The notes under the pieces were generated by a model. That model saw only the letters and a program-made list of their open reading frames with translations. It did not search any database and was not told where the DNA came from. Below, one piece after another: positions 35,369 to 44,931 of a stretch of DNA of 50,659 nucleotides (position 1 is its first letter; each line of letters begins with the position of its first letter). The stretch is from an uncultured Nitrosopumilales archaeon (GTDB taxonomy: Archaea > Thermoproteota > Nitrososphaeria > Nitrososphaerales > CAZIZY01). The stretch covers positions 1-50,659 of the forward strand of contig CAZIZY010000045.1 of the NCBI GenBank assembly GCA_964544235.1, written 5' to 3'. The position numbers and the translations under genes are program-made.

Positions 35369-37577
35369 CTCTCATCACCTTTGATATTTTATTTTCATAT
35401 GAATCTTTGACTTCATCGAGTCTAACATTAAGAATATTTCTTTTATTAGAATTAATAATTATCTCGTTTGAATCTAATTCTCCTATTTGATTACAAGGAA
35501 TTGAATATTTGTTAAAAATTTTCATCACTCGATCTAAATTATTTTTTGAACTTGTTAACAAAAATCTTCCATGTGACTCAGAAAATAGCATTTCATCATG
35601 TCTTTTACAATTATGGTTAATAGAATCTATATTTATTTTTGCACCTAAATTATTTTCTATACATATTTCGGATAACGCTGTTGCTATTCCACCTTGTGAG
35701 CAATCTATTGAAGCATCAATTAATTCTTCTTCTGACACTCTTAGATAAGCTTCGTGTAACCTTTTTTCATATTTAAAATCTACTTGTGGTACTTTTCCAC
35801 CTACCACTTTATGGATTTGCTCATAATATTCTGATCCACCAAGCTCTTCATTGGTTATTCCTATTGATAAAATTATATTTGACTTCTTTTGAGATAATAA
35901 ACTTCTAATCTTTAAGGGATCGTCTATGAATCCTATTACTGATGATAATGGTGAAGGTTTAATTGCTTTATTTTCAATTTCATCTTCATTATAGAAGCTT
36001 ACTTTTCCACCTACACATGGTAATTCTATTGCTTTGCAATAATCAGCCATTCCTTTTACTGATTCAGTGAAAGACCAAAATACCTCAGGATCATTTGGGT
36101 TTCCAAATTGTAAATGATCTACCATTGCTATAGGCTTAGCTCCAACACTTAATATATTCCTACATGATTCTGCAAGAATACCAGCTGAACCATTATATGG
36201 ATCAATGTAGCAATGCTTTGAATTTCCATCCGCCTTTAATGCAAGATATCTATTATTAGGTAAACGTAGTACTGCTGCTCCTGATTTACCAGGTTTAATT
36301 ACGGTACTTGCTCCAACCTCATGGTCATATTGTTCGTAGACCCATTTTTTGCTTGAGATATTTGGTGAAGATAGTAACTTTAATAATACTTTTCCAAGAT
36401 TATTTGGTTGGTTTGGTTTTTCAAACTTCTCCATTAATTTTATGTATTCTGGCTTTTTTGATTTATGAAAGATTTCTGGCGCATTTGCTAAGAATGAAAT
36501 TGGAAGTTTAGCTATTATCTTCTCTTCGTCTTTGATTACTAATTGTTTATCTTTTGTTACTTTTCCTATAATTGAATAAATTAAATCATATTTATCAAAT
36601 ATTTTGAATATTTCATTTTCGTATCCTTGTTTTACTATAAATAACATTCTTTCTTGAGATTCTGATATCATTATTTCCATTGAAGACATATTTGAATCTC
36701 TAACGGGAACTTTTTCAATTTGCATCTGAATCCCAGTTCCTCCTTTATCACCAATTTCAGATAATCCACAAGTTAAACCACCTCCACCTAAATCTTTTAC
36801 GCCAGTAATATTTCCCGTTTTTACTGATTCTAAAGTAGCTTCTAGAATTTGTTTTTTTGTGAAAGGTTCTGGTATTTGTACTGCAGCTCTATCTTCTTCA
36901 TTTTCCACGCCTAAATTCTGAGATGAAAATGAAGCACCTTGAATTCCGTCTCTTCCAGTTTTTCCTCCTACTATTATTATTAAATCACCTACATTTTTAG
37001 CTTCACCCAAAACAATCTCATTTTCTTTCCCATAGCCTATACAAATTACATCTACCAAACAATTTCTTTCAAACGAAGAATCAAATTGAACTTCTCCGCC
37101 TACTGTAGGTATTCCAACACAGTTTCCATAATCTCCGATCCCTTTTACAACTTGTTTGAATAACCATTTTGAACGATTACTAGTTTCGAATTCACCGAAT
37201 CTAAGAGCATTTAATAATGCTATTGGTCTAGTTCCTACCGAAATTATGTCTCTTAATATTCCACCTACTCCTGTGGCTGCTCCTCCATATGGATCTATTG
37301 CTGAAGGATGATTATGACTTTCAACATGAATAGTTATTACATTTCCATTTCCCGCGTCTATAATTCCAGCATCAAATCCTGGACCTAATAGTACATTTTT
37401 ACCTTCAGTAGGAAGTTGCTTTAAAATATTTTTCGAGGATTTATAACTACAATGTTCTGACCATTCAGCGTCAAACATTGCTATTTCTAATTCATTTGGC
37501 TCTCTTTTTAACCTGTTTTTTATTGCTTCAATTTCTTTTTCAGTTAAAGAAAATTGAGATAAAATATTATTATTCAT
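35364..37577 (-). CDS. purL: FGAM synthase II (large subunit)
   Basis: 737 aa with duplicated PurM-like domains. SHNHPS, GG.L.D and G.P.VGG motifs. Confidence 0.95.
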   Translation of the reverse strand: MNNNILSQFSLTEKEIEAIKNRLKREPNELEIAMFDAEWSEHCSYKSSKNILKQLPTEGKNVLLGPGFDAGIIDAGNGNVITIHVESHNHPSAIDPYGGAATGVGGILRDIISVGTRPIALLNALRFGEFETSNRSKWLFKQVVKGIGDYGNCVGIPTVGGEVQFDSSFERNCLVDVICIGYGKENEIVLGEAKNVGDLIIIVGGKTGRDGIQGASFSSQNLGVENEEDRAAVQIPEPFTKKQILEATLESVKTGNITGVKDLGGGGLTCGLSEIGDKGGTGIQMQIEKVPVRDSNMSSMEIMISESQERMLFIVKQGYENEIFKIFDKYDLIYSIIGKVTKDKQLVIKDEEKIIAKLPISFLANAPEIFHKSKKPEYIKLMEKFEKPNQPNNLGKVLLKLLSSPNISSKKWVYEQYDHEVGASTVIKPGKSGAAVLRLPNNRYLALKADGNSKHCYIDPYNGSAGILAESCRNILSVGAKPIAMVDHLQFGNPNDPEVFWSFTESVKGMADYCKAIELPCVGGKVSFYNEDEIENKAIKPSPLSSVIGFIDDPLKIRSLLSQKKSNIILSIGITNEELGGSEYYEQIHKVVGGKVPQVDFKYEKRLHEAYLRVSEEELIDASIDCSQGGIATALSEICIENNLGAKINIDSINHNCKRHDEMLFSESHGRFLLTSSKNNLDRVMKIFNKYSIPCNQIGELDSNEIIINSNKRNILNVRLDEVKDSYENKISKVMRD

Positions 37578-37583
37578 TAAAAA

Positions 37584-38288
37584 TTACCCTTTTAAGTTAT
37601 TTACAACTGATTGGATTATTTTTATTCCATCATCATTGTTGTAAGGGCTTAAAATCTTCTCTGAACTTCTTTCAGGATGAGGCATTAATCCTACAACATT
37701 CCCTTCTATATTACTTATTCCAGCAATATTTTCTAATGATCCATTAGGATTAGATTCTTCATTTTTTATACCTTGTTCATTAACATAAGTAAATATTATT
37801 TGATTATTCCTTTCTAATTCTTTTAGTCCTTTATTATCTATAAAATATCGACCTTCTGCATGAGCTATAGGCATTCTTAGAATAGATGACTTTTTACAGT
37901 CTGAAGTAAATGAAGTTTTATAATTGTTTACCCTTACATTAATCCATTTACAGACAAATTTTAATGAAGAATTATATAATAATGATCCTGGAAGAAGTCC
38001 CGATTCAACAAGTATTTGAAATCCATTACAAATTCCTAATATTGGTTTTCCTTTATTTGCCATGTCTTTAATAATTTTTAGAGCAGGACTATGAGCAGCT
38101 ATTATTCCTGCTCGAAGATTATCTCCATAAGAGAATCCTCCCGGTAGAATTACTACATCATATTTATCTATATTATTATCAGTATGCCATACTAATTCAG
38201 TATTTATTTTTAAGATATTTTTTATTACGTGTAATGTGTCTCTATCACAATTAGTTCCAGGAAATCTTATTATGGCTATTCTAATCAT
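37584..38288 (-). CDS. purQ: FGAM synthase I (glutaminase subunit)
   Basis: 234 aa, class I amidotransferase. PGGFSYGD, nucleophile GICNGFQ and MPHPER. Confidence 0.95.
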   Translation of the reverse strand: MIRIAIIRFPGTNCDRDTLHVIKNILKINTELVWHTDNNIDKYDVVILPGGFSYGDNLRAGIIAAHSPALKIIKDMANKGKPILGICNGFQILVESGLLPGSLLYNSSLKFVCKWINVRVNNYKTSFTSDCKKSSILRMPIAHAEGRYFIDNKGLKELERNNQIIFTYVNEQGIKNEESNPNGSLENIAGISNIEGNVVGLMPHPERSSEKILSPYNNDDGIKIIQSVVNNLKG

Positions 38289-38560
38289 AATTCTTCTTCC
38301 AATTCAATTATGCAGTTACTTACTAACGGATTATAGATCCTTAGTTCATCACATATCTCTTTAATTATCTTTTTTGCATTTTCTGAATTATTAGCTTTTA
38401 CTTCAAATTTTAATAATTTAGCTGTACGAATGTTACTTACTTGATTATAATTATTTTTCATTAATAAGTCTCTTAAAATAACTTCTCCTTCAGGATCCTT
38501 GATAAGAGGTTTGTTCTCAATCTTCACAATTACTTTATATGTACCTCTTTGAGTTGACAC
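38285..38560 (-). CDS. purS: FGAM synthase subunit PurS
   Basis: 91 aa. DPEG and V...R..K motifs typical of PurS. First gene of the operon, with a 4-nt overlap with purQ. Confidence 0.85.
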   Translation of the reverse strand: MSTQRGTYKVIVKIENKPLIKDPEGEVILRDLLMKNNYNQVSNIRTAKLLKFEVKANNSENAKKIIKEICDELRIYNPLVSNCIIELEEEL

Positions 38561-38685
38561 GTCTATTAAGTCATTTACAAATTAAGTAATATTTAACTTT
38601 AAATTAATAATTATGTTTCTCTATAACTTCAATTATAATGTAATTCTTAAAATATTACTTTTCACTTAAAATTTATTATAAAACT

Positions 38686-39261
38686 TTGAATTATTCTAAT
38701 GATATTAATCACTTGAAACTTTCTAAAAATATTACCCACGATCCTAAAATATTCATTCTTAATTTTCGTCAAGATGATCCTAAAAAATGTACAGCTTCTA
38801 AATTATTAAGACACAATCTCGCTATTCCATTGAATAATAAATTCCGTATACCTCGAAATTCTATAGTTCTTAATCCATTTTCAACAGAATTATTCACTCC
38901 TCTAGATCAAAATTCTTTGAAAAAAGGCCTTGTGGGTATAGATTGTTCTTGGAAAAGAACTAATGAAGTATTCACAAAAAAACTCAATGGTAATAATAAA
39001 CGATTACCTTTACTTATTCCTGCTAATCCCACTAACTATGGAAAAGTTGGCGTCTTAAGTTCAGTAGAAGCTTTAAGTGCAGCTTTATTTATTTCTGGAT
39101 TCAACGATCTTAGTTTGAAAATTCTTAATATCTTTAAATGGGGGCCTCATTTCCTTCAATTAAATAAAAATGCACTTGAGGATTATGCTAACTCATCTAA
39201 TGAAATTGAAATGAAAGCTATTGAAAAATCTTATTTTGGACAATTATTCAGTTCTAATTAA
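38686..39261 (+). CDS. tsr3: 16S rRNA aminocarboxypropyltransferase Tsr3
   Basis: 191 aa. DDPKKCTASKL, GIDCSW, ANPTNYG and LSSVEALSAALFI motifs of the Tsr3/DUF367 family. No in-frame ATG near the N-terminus, so the start is TTG. Confidence 0.8.
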   Translation: MNYSNDINHLKLSKNITHDPKIFILNFRQDDPKKCTASKLLRHNLAIPLNNKFRIPRNSIVLNPFSTELFTPLDQNSLKKGLVGIDCSWKRTNEVFTKKLNGNNKRLPLLIPANPTNYGKVGVLSSVEALSAALFISGFNDLSLKILNIFKWGPHFLQLNKNALEDYANSSNEIEMKAIEKSYFGQLFSSN

Positions 39262-39313
39262 TTATATTGACAAATCTTATAATTAATGACATTATAACAT
39301 CTTATGTATATCC

Positions 39314-40234
39314 TTGAATATCAAGAATCCTAAATATGTTTGGATGGATGGTAAAATAGTTGATTGGGATCAAGCAAATATTTCAATATTGTCTCATGCT
39401 TTACATTATGGAACTGGTATCTTTGAAGGAATTAGGGCTTATCCAACTGAAAATGATTTACTAATTTTTAGATTAGAAGATCATATTAAACGAATGTTTG
39501 AATCAGCTAAAATCTATTATATTGATATTGGTTATGATCTTAATGTTTTATGTTCTTCAGTTATTGATCTCATACGTAAAAATAATATGAAAGGAAGAAC
39601 TTACATTCGTCCAATTACTTATGTAGGATACGGTGGAATTGGGTTAAATTTCACTGGTTTCCCTATTCATACCGCAATTTGTACCGTTAGCTTCGAGAAT
39701 TATTTTGAAAAGGACGGTCTTAATGCATGTACATCATCTTGGAGAAGAATATCTGATTCTTCTACTCCTCCTTTAGCAAAAGCTACTGGTAATTATATTA
39801 ATTCTGTATTAGCTAAACTTGAATCTCTTAATAATGGATATGATGAAGCTATATTATTAGATCATGAAGGTTTTGTTAGTGAAGGCTCAGCTGAAAATAT
39901 TTTCATAGTTAAAGATAATGAAATACATACTCCACCAATCTCCTCTTCTATTCTTAATGGCATAACTCGTGATACTGTAATTAGACTTGCTAATGATTTA
40001 AAAATTAATGTTGTAGAAAGAAATATTTCTAGAACTGAACTTTATACATGTGATGAAGCTTTCTTCACTGGTACCGCAGCTGAAGTCACTTCTATACTAG
40101 AAATAGATCATAGAAAAGTAAAAAACGGTAAAAATGGAAAAATCACTTCAAAATTACGAAAATCATATCAAGATTTAGTCCATGGACGTAATAAAAAATA
40201 TTCGAATTGGCTCACTTCTGTTTATTTGGATTAA
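39314..40234 (+). CDS. ilvE: Branched-chain amino acid aminotransferase
   Basis: 306 aa. WMDGK.V.W..A.I..LSHALHYG.G.FEGIRAY, KA.GNY.NS and EG..ENIF.V motifs. Confidence 0.92.
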   Translation: MNIKNPKYVWMDGKIVDWDQANISILSHALHYGTGIFEGIRAYPTENDLLIFRLEDHIKRMFESAKIYYIDIGYDLNVLCSSVIDLIRKNNMKGRTYIRPITYVGYGGIGLNFTGFPIHTAICTVSFENYFEKDGLNACTSSWRRISDSSTPPLAKATGNYINSVLAKLESLNNGYDEAILLDHEGFVSEGSAENIFIVKDNEIHTPPISSSILNGITRDTVIRLANDLKINVVERNISRTELYTCDEAFFTGTAAEVTSILEIDHRKVKNGKNGKITSKLRKSYQDLVHGRNKKYSNWLTSVYLD

Positions 40235-40240
40235 TTTCTT

Positions 40241-41065
40241 TTGAAGTCTTGTCCAAAGGTTGCTTTTTTAGGTTCTTCAGGTTCATATAGCGAAGAAGCA
40301 TCTTACAAATTTTTTAATGGTAAATTAATACCTGTTAATTTTAAAACTATTAACTTAATATTTCAGCAATTTTCCGAAAATAATTTTGATTATGCAGTAG
40401 TACCTATTGAAAATTCTATTGAAGGCAGTGTAAATCAAACTTATGATTTGTTATACACTTCTAAAGCAAAAATATGTGGTGAAGTTTTCCTTAAAATAGA
40501 TCATCATTTATTAGCAAACAAAGGAACAAAAATAACTCAAATAAAACGAGTTTTTTCTCATCAACAAGCAATTTCTCAATGTCTTCCTTTTATTGAGAAA
40601 AATGGATTTGAAACTATTCCATATTATGATACTGCAAGTAGCGCCAAATTGATAGCCTCTGAGAAACTAATGGATTCTGCAGCAATATCAAGCTCAAGAT
40701 CAGCTGGAATATATGATCTTCAAATTCTAAAAAAAGATATCTCTATTAATCAATCTAATTACACTCGTTTTATAATTCTTTCAAAAAATGATTGTGAACC
40801 TTCAGGAAATGATAAAACTTCAATTATAATCAATCTTAAACATGTTCATTCTTCCTTGTATCATGCTCTTGGAGAATTCGCTTCTAGGAAAATTAATCTT
40901 ACGAAAATCGAATCACGACCAATCAAAGGTAATTCATGGGAATATTTATTCTATATAGATTTTGAAGGTAATAAAAAAGAAACTCTTTGTAGATCTACAC
41001 TTCAGAATCTGAAAAAACACTGTAACTCTATCAAAATTTTGGGTTCTTATAAACAAGCATTATAA
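40241..41065 (+). CDS. pheA: Prephenate dehydratase
   Basis: 274 aa. VAFLGSSGSYSEEA, NYTRF and the C-terminal ACT domain with ESRP. TTG start. Confidence 0.9.
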   Translation: MKSCPKVAFLGSSGSYSEEASYKFFNGKLIPVNFKTINLIFQQFSENNFDYAVVPIENSIEGSVNQTYDLLYTSKAKICGEVFLKIDHHLLANKGTKITQIKRVFSHQQAISQCLPFIEKNGFETIPYYDTASSAKLIASEKLMDSAAISSSRSAGIYDLQILKKDISINQSNYTRFIILSKNDCEPSGNDKTSIIINLKHVHSSLYHALGEFASRKINLTKIESRPIKGNSWEYLFYIDFEGNKKETLCRSTLQNLKKHCNSIKILGSYKQAL

Positions 41066-41135
41066 TCAAAGTTTTTCTTCGTAAAAAATTATAAAAGTTT
41101 AAAACTATCTTTTAATCCGAATAAGTAGTGTTAAC

Positions 41136-41423
41136 ATGAAAATCGATTTAATATCTAAAGAAAAAGAATTTATTGAATTCCAGATAACTTCTCAAGATAC
41201 TTCTATATCTAGTTTAATTCATCATGAATTACTTTCAGATCCTAAAGTTACATTCTCTGGTTATACTGATTCTCATCCGTTAACTAAAACATTTAATTTT
41301 TCGGTTCGAACTAAATCTTCTGATCCTGGTAAATCTTTGCAAGCATCTATTAAAAAAGCAATTAAAAATATTGACATTCTAGAAGCTGAAGCTAAAAAGT
41401 CTATTAAAAAATCTACATCCTAG
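41136..41423 (+). CDS. rpoL: DNA-directed RNA polymerase subunit L (Rpo11)
   Basis: 95 aa. F.I...D.S...L.HELL.DP.V.F.GY...HPL pattern of RpoL/Rpb11. Confidence 0.8.
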   Translation: MKIDLISKEKEFIEFQITSQDTSISSLIHHELLSDPKVTFSGYTDSHPLTKTFNFSVRTKSSDPGKSLQASIKKAIKNIDILEAEAKKSIKKSTS

Positions 41424-41439
41424 TTTGTGGTGATATTCA

Positions 41440-41781
41440 TTGAATTTCTGCCCTGACTGTGATACAAGATTAACTCCAAGACAAGTGCAATTAGATGATG
41501 ATCTCCTTACTGCTGAAGCTTGTGATAATTGTGGTTATTATAAAAAAATAACTGATATTAATTCAACTAGAATTGAGGCTTCTAAAGATGATAATTCAAT
41601 TGTAGAAATAACAGATTCGGGTGATGAAGGCCCTACTTTACCTACTACTCAGGCTAATTGCCCTAAATGTGATGGTAGAGAAGCATTTTGGTGGTTACTT
41701 CAGACTCGAGGCGGTGATGAATCAACTACTCAATTCTATAGATGTACAAAATGTAAACACACTTGGCGAGTTTATGCTTAA
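41440..41781 (+). CDS. tfs: Transcription factor S / RNA polymerase subunit M (TFIIS-type)
   Basis: 113 aa. N-terminal Zn ribbon FCPDCDT...CDNCG and C-terminal CPKCDG....LQTRGGDESTT.FYRCTKC with the acidic DE tip. The first Cys motif requires the TTG start at 41440, with GGTGAT 5 nt upstream. Confidence 0.9.
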   Translation: MNFCPDCDTRLTPRQVQLDDDLLTAEACDNCGYYKKITDINSTRIEASKDDNSIVEITDSGDEGPTLPTTQANCPKCDGREAFWWLLQTRGGDESTTQFYRCTKCKHTWRVYA

Positions 41782-41841
41782 TTCTTAAATTTCTTTATAT
41801 TTATAATCGTATTTAATAATAAATGGCTGGAAAATTACCAA

Positions 41842-43053
41842 ATGAAAATAGGTATTAATTCATCTAAAACATTTCCTTCTCCTAAACGAGTGCTATTAAT
41901 AGTAACTCTTGGACATATGTTACAACATTTTACTCAAGGTATATCTGTTCTTTATCCTTCTATTATGGCCGATCTTGGACTTAATTATACTCAACTGGGT
42001 TTAATTATTGCCGCAGGTTCAATTACAGGAGGATCTTTTCAAATCCTTTTTACAATACTTACTAGATATTTCCAAAAAAGCTTTCTTTTAGGAATAGGTA
42101 CAATGATTATCTCTTTAGGTTTTTACGTAATGAGTATTGCTACTAATTTCCTTCATCTTTTGATAGCTAAAATTATTTGGGGATTTGGTTCTGCAGCTCA
42201 ACATCCTATTGGTTCTACAATGATATCTGATCAATATGATAATAAAGAAATTGGGAAAGCTTTTGGCCTTCATTTTAGTTTATCCAATATAGGCACTCTA
42301 TTAGGACCAATCGTTATGGGGACTTTGTCTGTAACTATCGGTTGGGAAAAGACTTTATTACTTTCAGTAATTCCACCTTTAATTTTAGGCGTAATTATGA
42401 TTCATTATCTTCAAAATAGTGAATCTAAAGCTCAACACGAATTGAATGACGTATTAACTGATATACGTTCAGCTTTACGTATTAAAGGGGCTGTTCCTAT
42501 AATTATTGCTCAATCATTAATAACTGCGGGAACAGGTTGGGGTGTTATCGTTAAATATACTCCATTATTTCTTGTCGATGCAATTAATTTAGACATTTTT
42601 GATATGACTATAGTATATTCAATTGCTGTTAGTGGAGGTATTTTTGGCCCATTAATTATTGGAAAACTTTCTGATAGAATTGGACATATACAATCAGCTA
42701 TATTAGCTACCTTTATTTCTTCAATAATGATTTTCTTACTTGCACTTTATGATTCATTCAGTATTCTATTAGTTATACATCTTTTCATGTTGGCTTTTAC
42801 TGCTTTTTCTCTTTCAGGACTTCTTCAATCTCATATCTCTGATATTGTTGATAAAAAAGATCGTGAAATGATTATTGGATTATTTTATACTATTGGTTAT
42901 GGTTCTAGTTCAATATCAGTAACTATCATTGGTTTTCTAATTGATAAATATGAATCGTTTACTCCTGCTTTCTTTTTAATAGCTATTCTCGGTATTTTTG
43001 CCACTATCATTTTATTCTCTCAATTTCTTAATCGACGCTCTAATAATTTGTAA
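41842..43053 (+). CDS. Major facilitator superfamily transporter
   Basis: 403 aa. About 12 hydrophobic segments in a 6+6 arrangement with a central hydrophilic loop (SESKAQHELN). GKLSDRIGH motif between TM8 and TM9. Confidence 0.8.
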   Translation: MKIGINSSKTFPSPKRVLLIVTLGHMLQHFTQGISVLYPSIMADLGLNYTQLGLIIAAGSITGGSFQILFTILTRYFQKSFLLGIGTMIISLGFYVMSIATNFLHLLIAKIIWGFGSAAQHPIGSTMISDQYDNKEIGKAFGLHFSLSNIGTLLGPIVMGTLSVTIGWEKTLLLSVIPPLILGVIMIHYLQNSESKAQHELNDVLTDIRSALRIKGAVPIIIAQSLITAGTGWGVIVKYTPLFLVDAINLDIFDMTIVYSIAVSGGIFGPLIIGKLSDRIGHIQSAILATFISSIMIFLLALYDSFSILLVIHLFMLAFTAFSLSGLLQSHISDIVDKKDREMIIGLFYTIGYGSSSISVTIIGFLIDKYESFTPAFFLIAILGIFATIILFSQFLNRRSNNL

Positions 43054-43098
43054 CTTAACCTTTAAAGACTAGCACAAATAAATTATATCTGACAATTT

Positions 43099-43857
43099 GT
43101 GAAATTCGTATCAAAAACTTCTTCACCTTCTCCTTGGAGAACTATGATTAGTTCTATTTCTTCAATAGTAGAAGAAGCTAATTTTGAAGCTACAGCTGAT
43201 GGATTGTCTTTTCGAGCAATGGATCCTTCTCATATAGCTTTAATTGATGTTTTTTGGCCTAATACTGCATTTGAAAAGTATGAATGCAATGAACAAATTA
43301 AATTTGCTGTAAGAGTCGAAGATCTTAATAAACTCATAAGAAGAGCTAACCAAAAAGACAGTGTAGAATTCTCTTTAGGTGATGATGAACTTCTACAAAT
43401 AAAATTTGAAGGAACATATTCTAGAGAATTCAACCTTCATTTAATTGAAAGTACTTCTGGTTCAACTCCACTTCCAAAGTTAAATCTTGATTCTAAGATT
43501 ATTCTTAAAGGTTCTATTTTTCAACAATTATTAAGTGATATTTCTACGGTTTCTGATCATGTTATATTATCTTCTACTACCGATAGCATAACTTTTTCTG
43601 GAAAAAGTGATACTGGAAAGGCTTCCGCAATTTTAGATAAAGGTAATGAGGATCTATTGGAACTTAATGTTACTGAAGCTAGTAATTCAATGTATAGTAT
43701 TGATTATTTGAATAACATTACTAAAGCTTCTATTACTGCTGATGATAGTGTTTCTTTAGATTATTCTAGTAAGATGCCTATGAAATTAGAACTTAAGCTT
43801 GGTGATAAAGGCGGTTTGATTTGCTTTTATTTAGCTCCACGAATTGAAGAAGTTTAG
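43099..43857 (+). CDS. pcn: DNA polymerase sliding clamp (PCNA)
   Basis: 252 aa. EANFE...DGLSFRAMDPSH.ALID and C-terminal P.KLE........FYLAPRIEE, typical of archaeal PCNA. GTG start. Confidence 0.9.
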   Translation: MKFVSKTSSPSPWRTMISSISSIVEEANFEATADGLSFRAMDPSHIALIDVFWPNTAFEKYECNEQIKFAVRVEDLNKLIRRANQKDSVEFSLGDDELLQIKFEGTYSREFNLHLIESTSGSTPLPKLNLDSKIILKGSIFQQLLSDISTVSDHVILSSTTDSITFSGKSDTGKASAILDKGNEDLLELNVTEASNSMYSIDYLNNITKASITADDSVSLDYSSKMPMKLELKLGDKGGLICFYLAPRIEEV

Positions 43858-43915
43858 TTGATTAATTAATAAAATATAAGTGCATTTACTACTATTATAA
43901 TTATAGATTATTATA

Positions 43916-44926
43916 TTGGAACTAGGAAGAGGTGATTACGCAAAATATCCATTTTTACCTGAGTCAGGTAAATTTGTTCAAATGCAAGAACTATCAATAT
44001 CTAATTTAGTTGACGGATCTAATGATAATATTATTAATCGAGCTAAAGAGCGAATTATAGAGGCAGCTAAAAGACAAGAAGTTTCTGACAAATCTTATGA
44101 TTATGATGTCGAGTTACTTTCTTTTCCAGTTTCATTGATGCTAGTTAAAGCCGCAAATATCAAACATTTTATTCCACAATATTCTTTTGCGGAAGCTATT
44201 AGAGTAGAGCATTTAATGGAGAAAGAAAAGAATAAAGATCTTGTGATCTTTATCTTCAAAACCATGTTAAATATTCCTATTGAAGAAGTATCTTTTACTT
44301 CAGGCTCAAAATTATATGAATTTCGAATTCCTGTTGTTGAATATTTAAAGCGTTCAACAAAAATACATGGTGAACCTTGGAAACTTATTAGCAAACCTAT
44401 AGAACGAGGGTATGTTTATCTCAATACTCACGATCTCATACGGTTAATCAGAGACGAAACTAGTGACTTAATCTATACTAAAATAACTGATATTTCTATT
44501 CCTAAGCTTCCATCTCAACTTGAAGATATTCTTGAAGAAATTAGATCATATGTTCCTAGACCTAGACCTAAATTAACTATTATTTCCCCTTCCAAATATC
44601 CTCCTTGTGTTATGAAAGCATTAGATTTAATACAAAATGGTAAAAATTTACCACATTTTGGAAGATTCTTAATGGCTACTTATCTTTTAAAAACTGGTAA
44701 AACGGTTGATGATATTGTAGATTATTTCTCTAAAGCTCCTGATTTTAATGAAAAAATCACAAAATATCAAGTTGAACATGTTTCTGGATTAAAAGGAGGA
44801 AAAATATCTTATAATGTTCCTCTTTGTAAAACTCTTCAAACTCATAACTTTTGTTTTAAAACGGCTGAATGTGGAACAATTAAAAGTCCAACTCAATTCG
44901 GTATTAAACGAATAAAAAAGGATTAA
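43916..44926 (+). CDS. priL: DNA primase large subunit PriL
   Basis: 336 aa. YPFLPE N-terminus, YPPCV....L..G.NL.H.GRF....YL, and C-terminal Cys residues for the Fe-S cluster. TTG start. Confidence 0.88.
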   Translation: MELGRGDYAKYPFLPESGKFVQMQELSISNLVDGSNDNIINRAKERIIEAAKRQEVSDKSYDYDVELLSFPVSLMLVKAANIKHFIPQYSFAEAIRVEHLMEKEKNKDLVIFIFKTMLNIPIEEVSFTSGSKLYEFRIPVVEYLKRSTKIHGEPWKLISKPIERGYVYLNTHDLIRLIRDETSDLIYTKITDISIPKLPSQLEDILEEIRSYVPRPRPKLTIISPSKYPPCVMKALDLIQNGKNLPHFGRFLMATYLLKTGKTVDDIVDYFSKAPDFNEKITKYQVEHVSGLKGGKISYNVPLCKTLQTHNFCFKTAECGTIKSPTQFGIKRIKKD

Positions 44927-44931
44927 TTGAT

